DNA of 64,000 nucleotides from Thermoanaerobaculia bacterium (GCA_963719225.1 CAVRAY010000001.1:3552001-3616000); one strand, 5' to 3'. Positions 1-9,384 are shown, numbered from the stretch's first letter. Numbers and translations: made by a program. Notes: generated by a model not told the origin, from the sequence alone.

Positions 1-1
1 C

Positions 2-1189
2 CTGCGCCTCAGGAAAGAGCGCGCGAACCGGATCTTCTGCGTCTGTCTCCTCACGTTCCTGTCGATGGCGACCGCGATCACCGTGGCGCAGCACCTGGCG
101 GTCGTCTGGGTCGCGGTGGAAGGGGCGACCCTTTCGACGGCGGTCCTCATCTACTTCAACCACAACGCCCGCTCGCTCGAGGCGGCGTGGAAATACCTCG
201 TGATCGGGTCGGTCGGGATCGCGCTCGCGCTCCTCGGGTCGCTCTTCGTGGCGTACGCCGCGCTCCACGGCGCCTCGGGGGACGAGAGCCTCCTCTTCGG
301 GGCGCTCCTCGAGCACGCGGGCGGCCTGTCGAGGCCGTGGCTGAGGGCCGGCTTCGTCCTGCTTCTCGTCGGCTACGGGACGAAGATGGGCCTCGCGCCG
401 ATGCACACCTGGAAGCCGGATGCCTACGGCGAGGCTCCGGGCATCATCGGAGCGCTCCTCGCCGGCGGCATGACGAACTGCGCGTTCCTCGCCCTCCTCA
501 GGGTCTACCGGGTCATGCAGGCGGCCGGGGAAGGAGCGTTCGCCCGCGAGCTCTTTCTCGCCCTCGGCCTTCTTTCCATGGGCGTGGCGGCGGCGTTCAT
601 GGTCGGGCAGCGCGACTTCAAGAGGATGCTCGCGTACTCGAGCGTCGAGCACATGGGGATCCTGGTCATCGGCATCGGCGCCGGCGGCGTCGCGGTCCCC
701 GGAGCACTGTTGCACGTCATCAACAATTCCCTCACGAAGGTCGTCCTCTTCCTCTCCGCGGGCAACATCCACCGCGCCTACGGGAGCAAGACGATCGACG
801 CCGTGAGCGGGGCTCTCCGCCGGGTCCCGCTGTCGTCCGTCCTCTTCCTCGCCGGGTTCCTTGCGATCACGGGGTCGCCTCCGTTCGGGCCGTTCGTCAG
901 CGAGTTCACGATCCTGGTGGGAGCCATGACCGGCCACCTCTTCGTCACGTCGGCCCTCTTTCTCTTCTTCCTCGTCGTCATCTTCATCGGCATGGGTTCT
1001 ACTGTTCTCGCCGTCGTCCAGGGTCCGGTTTCCCCGGCGGGCGGGACGACCGACTTTCGCGACAGCTTCTGGAAGACCGCGCCGCTGCTGGCGGCTCTCG
1101 CGATGGTCGTGGTCATGGGCGTCTGGATCCCCGGCGCTGTCCGCGAGCTCGTCCTCGAGGCCGCGAAATCTCTGGAGGGCGCGTCGTGA
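2..1189 (+). CDS. hyfF: Hydrogenase-4 component F-like proton-translocating membrane subunit (5' partial)
   Basis: Frame is open from the window start. Highly hydrophobic, with NuoL/M/N-type motifs EAAWKY, GYGTKMGLAPMHTWKPDAY and KRMLAYSSVEHMG. Confidence 0.85.
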   Translation: MRLRKERANRIFCVCLLTFLSMATAITVAQHLAVVWVAVEGATLSTAVLIYFNHNARSLEAAWKYLVIGSVGIALALLGSLFVAYAALHGASGDESLLFGALLEHAGGLSRPWLRAGFVLLLVGYGTKMGLAPMHTWKPDAYGEAPGIIGALLAGGMTNCAFLALLRVYRVMQAAGEGAFARELFLALGLLSMGVAAAFMVGQRDFKRMLAYSSVEHMGILVIGIGAGGVAVPGALLHVINNSLTKVVLFLSAGNIHRAYGSKTIDAVSGALRRVPLSSVLFLAGFLAITGSPPFGPFVSEFTILVGAMTGHLFVTSALFLFFLVVIFIGMGSTVLAVVQGPVSPAGGTTDFRDSFWKTAPLLAALAMVVVMGVWIPGAVRELVLEAAKSLEGAS

Positions 1190-2724
1190 CGGGGACCGCA
1201 GAAGTCGCGGCCACGGCGCGAAATTCCCGCGTCCTGGCTCTCGAGGACGTGCCGTGGCTCCTCCCCTCGCGGTTCCGCGAGTGGCTCGTCCACGGCGTGC
1301 GGAGCAAGGGGCGCCGCGTCGCGGCCTATTTCGGCTCGGCCGACGAAGCCATCGCGGATGTCGCGCTCACGGCGGTGCTCGCGGACGACGCGAACGGGCG
1401 TCTCTTCGTCGCGCGCACGGCCTCGGACGGCACGTCGTTCGAGTCGGTCGTGCCGGAAGTTCCCCAGGCTCATCTCTTCGAGCGCGAAATCGCCGAGCAG
1501 TACGGCGTGAGGTTCCTGGGACATCCGTGGCTGAAGCCCGTGAGGTTCCGCAAGTCGTATCGCGAGGGCCACGACGCGTGGGGCCGAGCAGCGGACTCGC
1601 CGATCCTGCCCGGGGTCGTCGATTTCTTCAGAGTGGACGGGGACGAGGTCCACGAGGTCGCGGTCGGCCCGGTCCACGCCGGCGTGATCGAGCCTGGACA
1701 TTTCCGGTTCCAGTGCCACGGCGAAGAGGTCTTTCACCTCGAGATCGCGCTCGGCTATCAGCATCGCGGAGTCGAGAGGGCTCTCATGGGCGGGCCGACG
1801 AAACGGACCCTGCCGTACGTGGAGACCGCCGCGGGCGACACCACGATCGGCCACGCGCTGGCATACGCCCAGGCCGTCGACGCCCTCTCCGGCGCCGTCG
1901 TCTCCGCGCACGCGCACGCCGTCCGCGGGATCGCGCTCGAGCTCGAGCGCCTCGCGAACCACGTCGGCGACCTCGGAGCGCTCGCCGGCGACATCGCCTA
2001 TCTCCCCACGGCGTCGTACTGCGGACGGCTCCGCGGAGACTTCCTGAACATGACGGCGGAGCTCTGCGGCTCGCGTTTCGGGCGCGGGCTCGTCCGGCCC
2101 GGCGGTGTCGGGTTCGAGCTCTCGCCCGGCCTGGTGACGTCGCTGGGATCGCGCCTCGCCGCCGCGCGGACCGACGTGACGGAAGCGGTGGAGCTCCTCT
2201 GGGAGACGCCCAGCGTGCGCGAGCGGTTCGAAGGCACGGGCGCCGTCAGCCCCGAGGACGCCGCGGTCCTCGGTCTCGTCGGTCCGGCGGCCCGCGCGTG
2301 CGGGATCCAGCGCGACGTGCGGCACGACTTTCCGGCCGGCATCTACCGCTTCGTCCACCTGCCCGTGATGACGGCGCATTACGGCGACGTCAACTCCCGC
2401 GCGTTCGTGAGGTGGCTCGAGATCCAGCAGTCGATCGCGTTCATCCTGAGCCAGCTCGACAGCCTGCCGGCGAGCGGGAAGCGCGGCGCCGTCGGGGCGC
2501 TGAAGGCGAAGTCGGTCGTCGTCTCTCTCACGGAAGGCTGGCGCGGGGAGATCTGCCACGTCGCGATGACGGACGCGGCGGGACGGTTCTCGCGCTACAA
2601 GATCATCGACCCGTCTTTCCACAACTGGTTCGCTCTCACGCTCGCCATGAGGGACGGCCGGATCTCGGACTTTCCGCTCTCGAACAAGAGCTTCAACCTG
2701 TCCTATTGCGGGCACGACCTGTGA
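1186..2724 (+). CDS. HyfG/HycE-like large subunit (NuoC+NuoD fusion), Ehr type without NiFe-binding cysteines
   Basis: GTG overlaps the hyfF stop (GTGA). Motifs EREIAEQYG, VGPVHAGVIEPGHFRF, ELERLANH, EGWRGE and DPSFHNW; C-terminus NKSFNLSYCGHDL. Confidence 0.85.
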   Translation: MTGTAEVAATARNSRVLALEDVPWLLPSRFREWLVHGVRSKGRRVAAYFGSADEAIADVALTAVLADDANGRLFVARTASDGTSFESVVPEVPQAHLFEREIAEQYGVRFLGHPWLKPVRFRKSYREGHDAWGRAADSPILPGVVDFFRVDGDEVHEVAVGPVHAGVIEPGHFRFQCHGEEVFHLEIALGYQHRGVERALMGGPTKRTLPYVETAAGDTTIGHALAYAQAVDALSGAVVSAHAHAVRGIALELERLANHVGDLGALAGDIAYLPTASYCGRLRGDFLNMTAELCGSRFGRGLVRPGGVGFELSPGLVTSLGSRLAAARTDVTEAVELLWETPSVRERFEGTGAVSPEDAAVLGLVGPAARACGIQRDVRHDFPAGIYRFVHLPVMTAHYGDVNSRAFVRWLEIQQSIAFILSQLDSLPASGKRGAVGALKAKSVVVSLTEGWRGEICHVAMTDAAGRFSRYKIIDPSFHNWFALTLAMRDGRISDFPLSNKSFNLSYCGHDL

Positions 2725-2734
2725 GAGGGAACCC

Positions 2735-3517
2735 ATGCTGAAAGCCCTGCTCGCGCGCGCGCATCAGGGGCACCGCACGATGGCCTACCCGGCCGGCGAT
2801 CCGCCCCCGATGCCCGAGCGGTTTCGCGGGCTGCCCGTCCTCGATCCAACGAAGTGTCCGGAGGGGTGCCGGTCGTGCGCCGACGTCTGTCCGACCGACG
2901 CCATCCCGAAGGACGGCCCGCTGGCCGTCGACCTCGGGCGGTGTCTCTTCTGCGTCGAGTGCGTCACCGCCTGCCCGGAGGGCGCGATCGCGTTCACGGG
3001 CGATTCGCGCCTCGCGACCCGAAGGCGCGAAGACCTCGTCCTCGGCGGCCAGCCGCTGCCGCTCGCGAACGCGCTCGACGGGAAGCTCCGCCGGCTGTTC
3101 GGGCGCTCCCTGAAGCTGCGGGTCGTGAGCGCCGGCGATTGCAACGCCTGCAGCTCGGACGTGAACGTCCTCGGAACCCTCGGCTGGGATATCGGCCGGT
3201 TCGGAATCCAGATCGTCGCGTCTCCGCGCCACGCCGACGGGCTCCTCGTCACCGGCCCCGTGACCTCCAACATGCGGCTCGCACTCGAAAAGACGTACGA
3301 GGCGGTGGCGCCGCCGAAGATCGTGATCGCAGTCGGGGCGTGCGCGATCAGCGGGGGGCCGTATGCCGGCCATCCCGAGCAGCACGACGGCGTGACGTCC
3401 GTCCTGCCGGTCGATCTCTTCATTCCCGGCTGCCCGCCGCATCCCCTCACGATCCTGGACGGGCTGCTCCGGCTCCTGGGCCGGCTCGAAGAGCAGCGGA
3501 GAACGCCGCGAAGCTGA
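2735..3517 (+). CDS. Fused 2x[4Fe-4S] ferredoxin (NuoI-like) and small subunit (HyfI/NuoB-like)
   Basis: CPEGCRSCADVCP and CLFCVECVTACP clusters, followed by GDCNAC, SPRHAD, GACAISGG and IPGCPP. Confidence 0.85.
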   Translation: MLKALLARAHQGHRTMAYPAGDPPPMPERFRGLPVLDPTKCPEGCRSCADVCPTDAIPKDGPLAVDLGRCLFCVECVTACPEGAIAFTGDSRLATRRREDLVLGGQPLPLANALDGKLRRLFGRSLKLRVVSAGDCNACSSDVNVLGTLGWDIGRFGIQIVASPRHADGLLVTGPVTSNMRLALEKTYEAVAPPKIVIAVGACAISGGPYAGHPEQHDGVTSVLPVDLFIPGCPPHPLTILDGLLRLLGRLEEQRRTPRS

Positions 3518-3538
3518 ACGGTCGAGCCCTAGAATCGG

Positions 3539-3820
3539 GTGATGGTAAAGACAGTCGCCTGCGCGCTCACCCCCGAACAGGTCGAACACGGAACCCTCGC
3601 GGAAACCCTCGACCAGGCCGTGACTCTGAATCGGAACGCCGTGCTCCAGGTGGGACAGCTCGTCGGACGCCCGGTCCACGACAAGGCCGGGGGCACGATC
3701 GAGGTCTCGTTCCGGCAGGACCTCGAGCCGCCGCGGGGCAAGGTGCTCAGAGCGGTTCACCGGACACGGGACGACGGGTCGCTCGAGATCCACGGTTTCA
3801 CCTTCGAATCGCCCGGTTAA
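3539..3820 (+). CDS. Hypothetical protein (93 aa)
   Basis: Fills the gap between operonic genes with host-like codon use; family not recognised. Confidence 0.55.
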   Translation: MMVKTVACALTPEQVEHGTLAETLDQAVTLNRNAVLQVGQLVGRPVHDKAGGTIEVSFRQDLEPPRGKVLRAVHRTRDDGSLEIHGFTFESPG

Positions 3821-3824
3821 GCGC

Positions 3825-4841
3825 GTGCGCGCCGTCAGGCTCCGCGCGCCGGCTCCGGTCGAGACGCGGCCGCTCGTCCTCGAAGACGTGCCCGACCCGA
3901 CTCCGGGCCCCGGCCAGGTTCTCGTGAAGGTCACGGCCTGCGGCATCTGCCGGACGGATCTCCACGTCGTCGAGGGCGACCTTCCGGTCGTGAAGCCTCG
4001 AGTGATCCCCGGGCACCAGATCGCGGGGACGGTCGCCGCCGTGGGACCGGGTGCCGAAGCGCTCCTCGGCCGGCGCGTCGGGATCGGCTGGCTGCACAAG
4101 ACCTGCGGCGTCTGCCGGTTCTGCACGGGGGGCCGCGAGAACCTGTGCGACGTTCCGGAGTTCACGGGATGGACCGTCGACGGCGGCTTCGCAACGGCGG
4201 TGCTGGCCGAGGCGGCCTTCACCTACGAGCTCCCCGGCGGTTTCTCCGACGTCGTCGCGGCGCCCCTCCTCTGCGCGGGGATCATCGGCTATCGCGCTTT
4301 GCGCCTGACGGGCCTCGGTGAGCGCCCTTCCGGCTTCCGCGGCGCGCGGCTGGGGCTGTATGGCTTCGGCGCCGCGGGCCACATCGCGATCCAGATCGCG
4401 CGCGCGCGAGGTGCCGACGTCTACGTGATGACGCGGGACCGCGAGCGCCACCAGGCTCTCGCGGAAGAGCTCGGAGCCGCATGGGTCGGCGGCGCGCGCG
4501 ACCTCCCCCCGTCGAAGCTCGACGCGGCCATCATCTTCGCGCCCGCAGGCGAGCTGATCCCCGCCGGCCTCGCCGCGCTCGACAAGGGAGGAACGCTCGT
4601 CCTCGGCGGAATTCACATGAGCGACACTCCGCCGATCCCGTACGAGCTCCTCTACAAGGAGCGCGTCGTCCGCAGCGTCGCGAACAACACCCGCGAGGAC
4701 GGGCGCGCGTTCCTGGCCGAAGCCGCGAGCATCCCCGTCGCGACGCATATCCGGACGTTTCCCCTCGAGGAGGCGAACGACGCGTTGATCGCTCTGAAGA
4801 CGGACGCCATTCGCGGCGCAGGCGTGCTCGTCGTGGCGTGA
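3825..4841 (+). CDS. Zinc-dependent alcohol dehydrogenase family protein
   Basis: [13 protein letters not shown], structural-Zn CGVCRFC..C and NAD-binding GLYGFGAAG. Confidence 0.92.
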   Translation: MRAVRLRAPAPVETRPLVLEDVPDPTPGPGQVLVKVTACGICRTDLHVVEGDLPVVKPRVIPGHQIAGTVAAVGPGAEALLGRRVGIGWLHKTCGVCRFCTGGRENLCDVPEFTGWTVDGGFATAVLAEAAFTYELPGGFSDVVAAPLLCAGIIGYRALRLTGLGERPSGFRGARLGLYGFGAAGHIAIQIARARGADVYVMTRDRERHQALAEELGAAWVGGARDLPPSKLDAAIIFAPAGELIPAGLAALDKGGTLVLGGIHMSDTPPIPYELLYKERVVRSVANNTREDGRAFLAEAASIPVATHIRTFPLEEANDALIALKTDAIRGAGVLVVA

Positions 4842-4882
4842 AATGATCCGTCGCCCGGAATGCGTCCTTCAGAGGAGACCTC

Positions 4883-5260
4883 ATGGAGAAAGTGAACGGC
4901 ATCGGCGGCGTCTTTTTCGTCGCGAAGAGTCCCGACGCCCTGAGCACCTGGTACCGCGAGAACCTCGGCGTGGAGTCCGCGCCCCCGACCTACGACGCGG
5001 CGCCCTGGCGGCAGGACGCGGGGCCGACCGTCTTCGCGCCGTTTCCGGAGTCGACCACGTACTTCGGCGGGGCGCGGCGGACGTGGATGATCAACTTCCG
5101 CGTGCGCGATCTCGACGCGATGATCGCGCAGCTCCGCGCGGCCGGCGTCGACGTCGAGCTCGATCCCGACCCGTACCCGAACGGCCGCTTCGCGCGGATC
5201 CACGACCCCGAGGGAAATCCGATCGAGCTGTGGCAGCCGATGGGACCGGACGCGGGATAG
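4883..5260 (+). CDS. VOC/glyoxalase family protein
   Basis: GIGGVFF, WYRENLG, MINFRVRDLDA and GRFARIHDPEGNPIELW; GAGGAG RBS. Confidence 0.9.
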   Translation: MEKVNGIGGVFFVAKSPDALSTWYRENLGVESAPPTYDAAPWRQDAGPTVFAPFPESTTYFGGARRTWMINFRVRDLDAMIAQLRAAGVDVELDPDPYPNGRFARIHDPEGNPIELWQPMGPDAG

Positions 5261-5270
5261 AGAGACGGAG

Positions 5271-7088
5271 TCAGGCAGCCCCGTGCCCGGAGGTCCGGAA
5301 GCACCCGGCGCAGCAGGCCGGAGAGGGGCTCTCGAACATCGCCTCGCGGACGAGTCGGACTCTTCGGCCGTTCCAGATCTCTTCGTGAGGGTCGTGCGGC
5401 ACCCGACCGAGAAGGATTTCATTCGTCTTCTGGATGCAGCAGACGAACGCGTCTCCGTGCACGTTGAAGAGGAGCCTCTTCCACGGCTCGACGCACACCG
5501 GCGACGGAGTACCCGTCGTGGGACTCTCGGCCGCCCGGGGAGCCGCTGACGACTCGCTCGAGCGTGCCGTTCCGTAGACGATCTCGCAGTTGAACTCGAG
5601 GCCCAGCGAGCGGGCGCGCTCTCGGGCAAGGCCCAGGAGCTCGTCTCGCCGGCTCTCGCCCGCGAGCTCCTGCTCGCGGTAGTCGAAGACGAAACCGTCG
5701 GGCGCCACGACGCGTTGGGAGCCGCCCGGCTGGATCTCCTGGAACATCACCCGGTCCACGCCGAGCTTCGCCGCCAGCTCGACGAAGGCCGGGGCCTCCG
5801 GCAGGTTCAGCCTCATGAGCGTCATGTTGATTTCGATCGCGGGAGACGGGCTTCCCGCGGCGTCCCGGATCTCGCGAAGGTTCCGAATCCTCGAGAGGAG
5901 AGTCTCGAAATCCCGGCGCCGCCTGATCCTCAGATAAGTCTGGGCGGTCGCCGCGTCCAGTGAGATCGAGATCCAGCCGAGCTTCTGCTCGACGAGCCGC
6001 CGGCTCATGGCCGTCGTCAGAAGATGTCCGTTCGAGTTGAAGCCGAGGAGAGCGGGTGAGGAGCGGAGTGCCTCTATGAGGTCGGCGAGGAAGGGATAGA
6101 GAAGTGGCTCGCCGGCCCCGTGGAGGCCGACGATGCGAGCCTGGCGAAGGAGAGGAAGGAGAGAGCGCCACGTCTCGGGGTCCATGTCATGACGAGGTGC
6201 GGCCCCTTCGACTCCCGCGTATCCACACATCGCGCACGCCGGAACGATGTTGCAGCGGGTCGTGAGCTCCAGCCAGATCTCCTCGGGAGAAGAGGCGGCG
6301 AGACTTCGGCCCGTGGCCGGGGTCCCCGCATGCCTGAGCCAGCTCTTGCGTTCCCGAACGATCGTCACGGCCTCGTACTCGGAGGACGAGGCGATCTCCT
6401 CGCGGAGGTGGTTGCGGCGAAGGAAACCATGGCCGAGCTTCCAGGTTCCAACGGCGAGCGCGCCGACGTCGGGAGGGCGGCAAAGCATCTCCTCGTAAAT
6501 GCGGGCCATGAACGCGTCCTCGCCCTCCCCGGTCGCGAATCGCCTGATCGCGGAATCCAGCCGGTTCACGGTGCGCCGCCAGGGAGGCGTCAGGGCTCGA
6601 TACTCGGGGGACGAGGCGATCTCCTTGCGGAGGCGGTTGCGGCGAACGAATCCCAGGCTGAGGTTTCCCGTTCCGGCGGCGAGCGCGCCTGCGTCGGGAG
6701 GGCGGCAGAGCATCCTCTCGTAGAGGCGGGTCATGAACGCTTCGTCGCTCTCGCCGGACGCGAATCGCCTGATCGCGGAATCGAGCCGGTTCAGGGAGCA
6801 CTTCCAGGCGAGCCGGGTCACGATGCGCTGCCAGAGAGTCAGGGCTCGATACTCGGAGGACGAGGCGATCTCCTTGCGGAGGCGGCTGCGACGAAGGAAA
6901 CCACGGCTGAGTTTCCAGGTTCCCGCGGCGCGCGCGCCCCCGTCGGGAGGGCGGCGGAGCATCCTCTCGTAGAGGCGGGTCATGAACGCGTCGTCGCTCT
7001 TTTCGGACGCGAAGCGTCTGATCGCGGAATCCAGCCGGTTCAGTGAGCGCTTCCAGAGAGGCACAGGCACGTGGCGTCGCGCCTCCAA
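5271..7088 (-). CDS. Radical SAM/SPASM-twitch protein with three N-terminal DUF4214-like repeats
   Basis: ELTTRCNIVPACAMC, GAGEP and ISLDAAT; C-terminal CVEPW..VCC..CCAGC; repeated F-x-R-LY-x-x-ML-x-RPPD units. Start codon uncertain. Confidence 0.85.
   Translation of the reverse strand: MEARRHVPVPLWKRSLNRLDSAIRRFASEKSDDAFMTRLYERMLRRPPDGGARAAGTWKLSRGFLRRSRLRKEIASSSEYRALTLWQRIVTRLAWKCSLNRLDSAIRRFASGESDEAFMTRLYERMLCRPPDAGALAAGTGNLSLGFVRRNRLRKEIASSPEYRALTPPWRRTVNRLDSAIRRFATGEGEDAFMARIYEEMLCRPPDVGALAVGTWKLGHGFLRRNHLREEIASSSEYEAVTIVRERKSWLRHAGTPATGRSLAASSPEEIWLELTTRCNIVPACAMCGYAGVEGAAPRHDMDPETWRSLLPLLRQARIVGLHGAGEPLLYPFLADLIEALRSSPALLGFNSNGHLLTTAMSRRLVEQKLGWISISLDAATAQTYLRIRRRRDFETLLSRIRNLREIRDAAGSPSPAIEINMTLMRLNLPEAPAFVELAAKLGVDRVMFQEIQPGGSQRVVAPDGFVFDYREQELAGESRRDELLGLARERARSLGLEFNCEIVYGTARSSESSAAPRAAESPTTGTPSPVCVEPWKRLLFNVHGDAFVCCIQKTNEILLGRVPHDPHEEIWNGRRVRLVREAMFESPSPACCAGCFRTSGHGAA
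6370..7060 (-). repeat. Three near-identical coding tandem repeats (periods 249 and 225 nt)
   Basis: catcctctcgtagaggcgggtcatgaacgc recurs at 6960 and 6711, with a variant at 6486; protein unit NRLDSAIRRFA..FM.R.YE.ML.RPPD..EIASS.EY. Confidence 0.9.
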
Positions 7089-7191
7089 ATTTCCTACGAT
7101 ACAAAGAACCGACCCGAAAGAGAGGATCGGTGATGCATCTGCGTCATGAAGTCGCGGGGGCCCCGCGCCGCACCGGACCTATATTCAACGG

Positions 7192-7782
7192 ATGAAACAC
7201 ACGCCGCTGATTCTCACCGTGGTTCTCGCCCTGCCCGCAACGGCGCAGGAACGGATTCCGGGCGCCGACCAGCACGTGACGGTGCCGGGGGCGCCCGGCC
7301 AGGCCAACAAGGAGGTCCTCGTGCGGCCGAGCGACACGATGACGCAGGCGAGCTGCGGGCGGATCCTGCAGGGGCAGCGGGCGACCGCCTCGAGAGCCCC
7401 GCGGGTGAGCGTGCGGGCGGGAGGCGCCTACGCCCCGCCGGACCCCGGAGCGTCCGGGGACGCCGCTTACGCGGCTCCGGCCCCGAGCGGCCCGTTGGGC
7501 CCCGCCGTGGTCGGCGCGGCCTACGTGACCCTGCGGGGAACCGTGAAGACCTATGGGAAGAACACGATCACGATTCTCGAGAAGAGCGGCCGCGAGCGTC
7601 AGGTCGCGCTCTCGCCACGCGCTCTCGTGTGCAAGGGCCTCAAGCCGGGAGACGAGGTGACCTTGCGGGTCCCGTTCGACGAGGGCAGCGACTGCCGCAC
7701 CGCCGACCGCGTGGAGCGCCCGCCCGCGCCCGGTGCGGTACCGAAGTCGAAGTTCTCGCAGGCACAGTCGCCGGGGATCTGA
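7192..7782 (+). CDS. Exported hypothetical protein with DUF5666-like small beta domain
   Basis: Signal peptide MKHTPLILTVVLALPATA-Q; GTVKTY..ITI..GLKPGDEVTL pattern. Confidence 0.65.
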   Translation: MKHTPLILTVVLALPATAQERIPGADQHVTVPGAPGQANKEVLVRPSDTMTQASCGRILQGQRATASRAPRVSVRAGGAYAPPDPGASGDAAYAAPAPSGPLGPAVVGAAYVTLRGTVKTYGKNTITILEKSGRERQVALSPRALVCKGLKPGDEVTLRVPFDEGSDCRTADRVERPPAPGAVPKSKFSQAQSPGI

Positions 7783-7874
7783 CCCGCAGCAACCCTTCAC
7801 GAAGGAGAATCCAGAAAATGGACTGCGTGTTCGTCGAGCTCAAGGAGCCGAGCTCCTGAACGGAAGGGTTGTGG

Positions 7875-8945
7875 TCAGGGGCACTTCGTCTGCCCGGTGA
7901 TCCGCAGGATCACGAATTCCGCCGGCCGAACGGCAGCGACTCCCACGATCACCACGAACCGCCCCAGGTCGACGTCGGCTTGCGTCATCGTCGTCTTGTC
8001 GCAGCGGACGAAGAATGCCTCTTCCGCCGTTCGGCCCACGAGCGCGCCCGACTTCCAGACATTCAGCAAGAAGTCGTCGATGCGCAGGCGCACGGTCGCC
8101 CAGAGCGTCGGACCATTCGGCTCGAATACGGCCCACTGCAAACCCTGGCTGAGTGAGCGCTCGATGAAAATTGCCAGGCGGCGGACACTGACGTACTTCC
8201 ATTCCGGATCCTGACTGGTGGTGCGCGCGCCCCAGACCTCGTACCCCTGGCCGGGAAGGAACCTCAGCACGTTGATCCCGCGAGCCGACAGAACATCCGA
8301 CTCGGCCGAACTGACTTGCCGCGAAAGGCCCGTCACTCCGATCAGCGGTACACCAGCCGGCGCCGCCCAGACGCCTTTTTGTGAATCCACGCGCGCGTAG
8401 ACCCCGGCGACGTGACCACCCGGAGGGACCGTGACGCTCGTGACTCCGTCCGGCCCTACGACGGTCACCCACGGGTAACAGTACGCCGCATACGAGGAGT
8501 GCACCGGAACATCGTGGCTCGCGGCCGGCATCACGGGCTGCGGAGACTGCAGGATGCAGATGCGGTCTTTGCGCAGCTCACAGTGCGCAGCCATCACGGC
8601 CGCTGAGTTCGGAAGACGACTCTCGTCGGGACAGCACAGGATCGAGATCCCTTCTGGCGCCAGAGCGTCGAGTCCAGCCTGCAACGTGTCAGTGGGAGAG
8701 ATGAGAGCGACGTAGCAGCGGGTTCCGCCGTTTTCGAAGAAGCCTCTCACGGCGATGGGAAGATTTCCGGTTGCGCTGCTCCCAATCGCGCGCTCGAATT
8801 CCGCAACACTCGTAAGAGCCACGGCTAAAGACGCCTGTTTTCCAACTCCGACGAACCCCGCGATGCTCGTGGAAACTCCCTGGATGGGGTGAGGCTGCGC
8901 CGGCAATTCGTCGATATAGACACCTGGTGCAAGATATTCAGGCAT
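7875..8945 (-). CDS. Contractile tail sheath protein (phage/eCIS type), solitary
   Basis: MPEYLAPGVYIDE, YAAYCYPW, PPGGHVAGVYARVD..GVWAAPA, GINVLR, VWGART, WKYVSVRRL, WAVFEPN and RPAEFVILRI. Confidence 0.93.
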   Translation of the reverse strand: MPEYLAPGVYIDELPAQPHPIQGVSTSIAGFVGVGKQASLAVALTSVAEFERAIGSSATGNLPIAVRGFFENGGTRCYVALISPTDTLQAGLDALAPEGISILCCPDESRLPNSAAVMAAHCELRKDRICILQSPQPVMPAASHDVPVHSSYAAYCYPWVTVVGPDGVTSVTVPPGGHVAGVYARVDSQKGVWAAPAGVPLIGVTGLSRQVSSAESDVLSARGINVLRFLPGQGYEVWGARTTSQDPEWKYVSVRRLAIFIERSLSQGLQWAVFEPNGPTLWATVRLRIDDFLLNVWKSGALVGRTAEEAFFVRCDKTTMTQADVDLGRFVVIVGVAAVRPAEFVILRITGQTKCP

Positions 8946-8956
8946 GGATCCTCAAC

Positions 8957-9169
8957 CTAAACGTCTTCGGGCTTGAGGCCGGTCGCGCGGCCGATACGGG
9001 CGAGCGCTTCGGGCGGGAGTGTTCGCCTGTCGTGGAAGGCGAACGTGTAGTCCGGTCAGCCGGGGCGTGAGAGGACACGGTGCGAGCCTGCCGTGCGCTT
9101 GATGTCCCAGCCGGTGCGGAGAAGGGCGGCGAGGACCTTCTTAGCCTTGGCCGAAGGCCAACGGCTCAC
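8957..9169 (-). pseudogene. hicA: HicA-family toxin interrupted by an in-frame TGA at codon 38
   Basis: Manual translation MSRWPSAKAKKVLAALLRTGWDIKRTAGSHRVLSRPG*PDYTFAFHDRRTLPPEALARIGRATGLKPEDV; GSH motif; GTG overlaps the hicB stop; TGA at 9058-9056. Confidence 0.8.
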
Positions 9170-9384
9170 GCAGCGGCGCGCCTGACGAACGAGACCGTCA
9201 TCTCGTCGGCCTTGGCTTCGCCGTGCTCTAGCCGGTCGGCGAGGATGCGGAAAGCTAGGGCCTCTACCTTGGCGAGCGCCCTACCCTTCGTCCGCTCCAC
9301 GGCCATGCAGCCGGGCAGCTCCAGGACTTCCGCGACCCATTCGCCGGACGACGCGGACTTCTCGATCTCCACCGTAAGCGTCAT
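9166..9384 (-). CDS. hicB: HicB-family antitoxin
   Basis: LTVEIE..GEWVAEVLELPGCMA..ALAKVEALAFRILADRLEHGE; coupled to hicA. Confidence 0.8.
   Translation of the reverse strand: MTLTVEIEKSASSGEWVAEVLELPGCMAVERTKGRALAKVEALAFRILADRLEHGEAKADEMTVSFVRRAAA

Noticed and set aside
6370-7060. CRISPR-like or non-coding repeat array
   Set aside because: The units are 225-249 nt, in frame and protein-coding, with no short repeat-spacer structure. No CRISPR array or cas gene was seen in the window.
7818-7859. Tiny ORF MDCVFVELKEPSS after an AAGGAG sequence
   Set aside because: Too short and unsupported; possibly a gene fragment at the islet boundary.
9056-9058. Selenocysteine in HicA
   Set aside because: From memory of this HicA subfamily the position is Trp (GWPD), and the downstream hairpin loop lacks the SECIS-type G; nonsense mutation is more likely.
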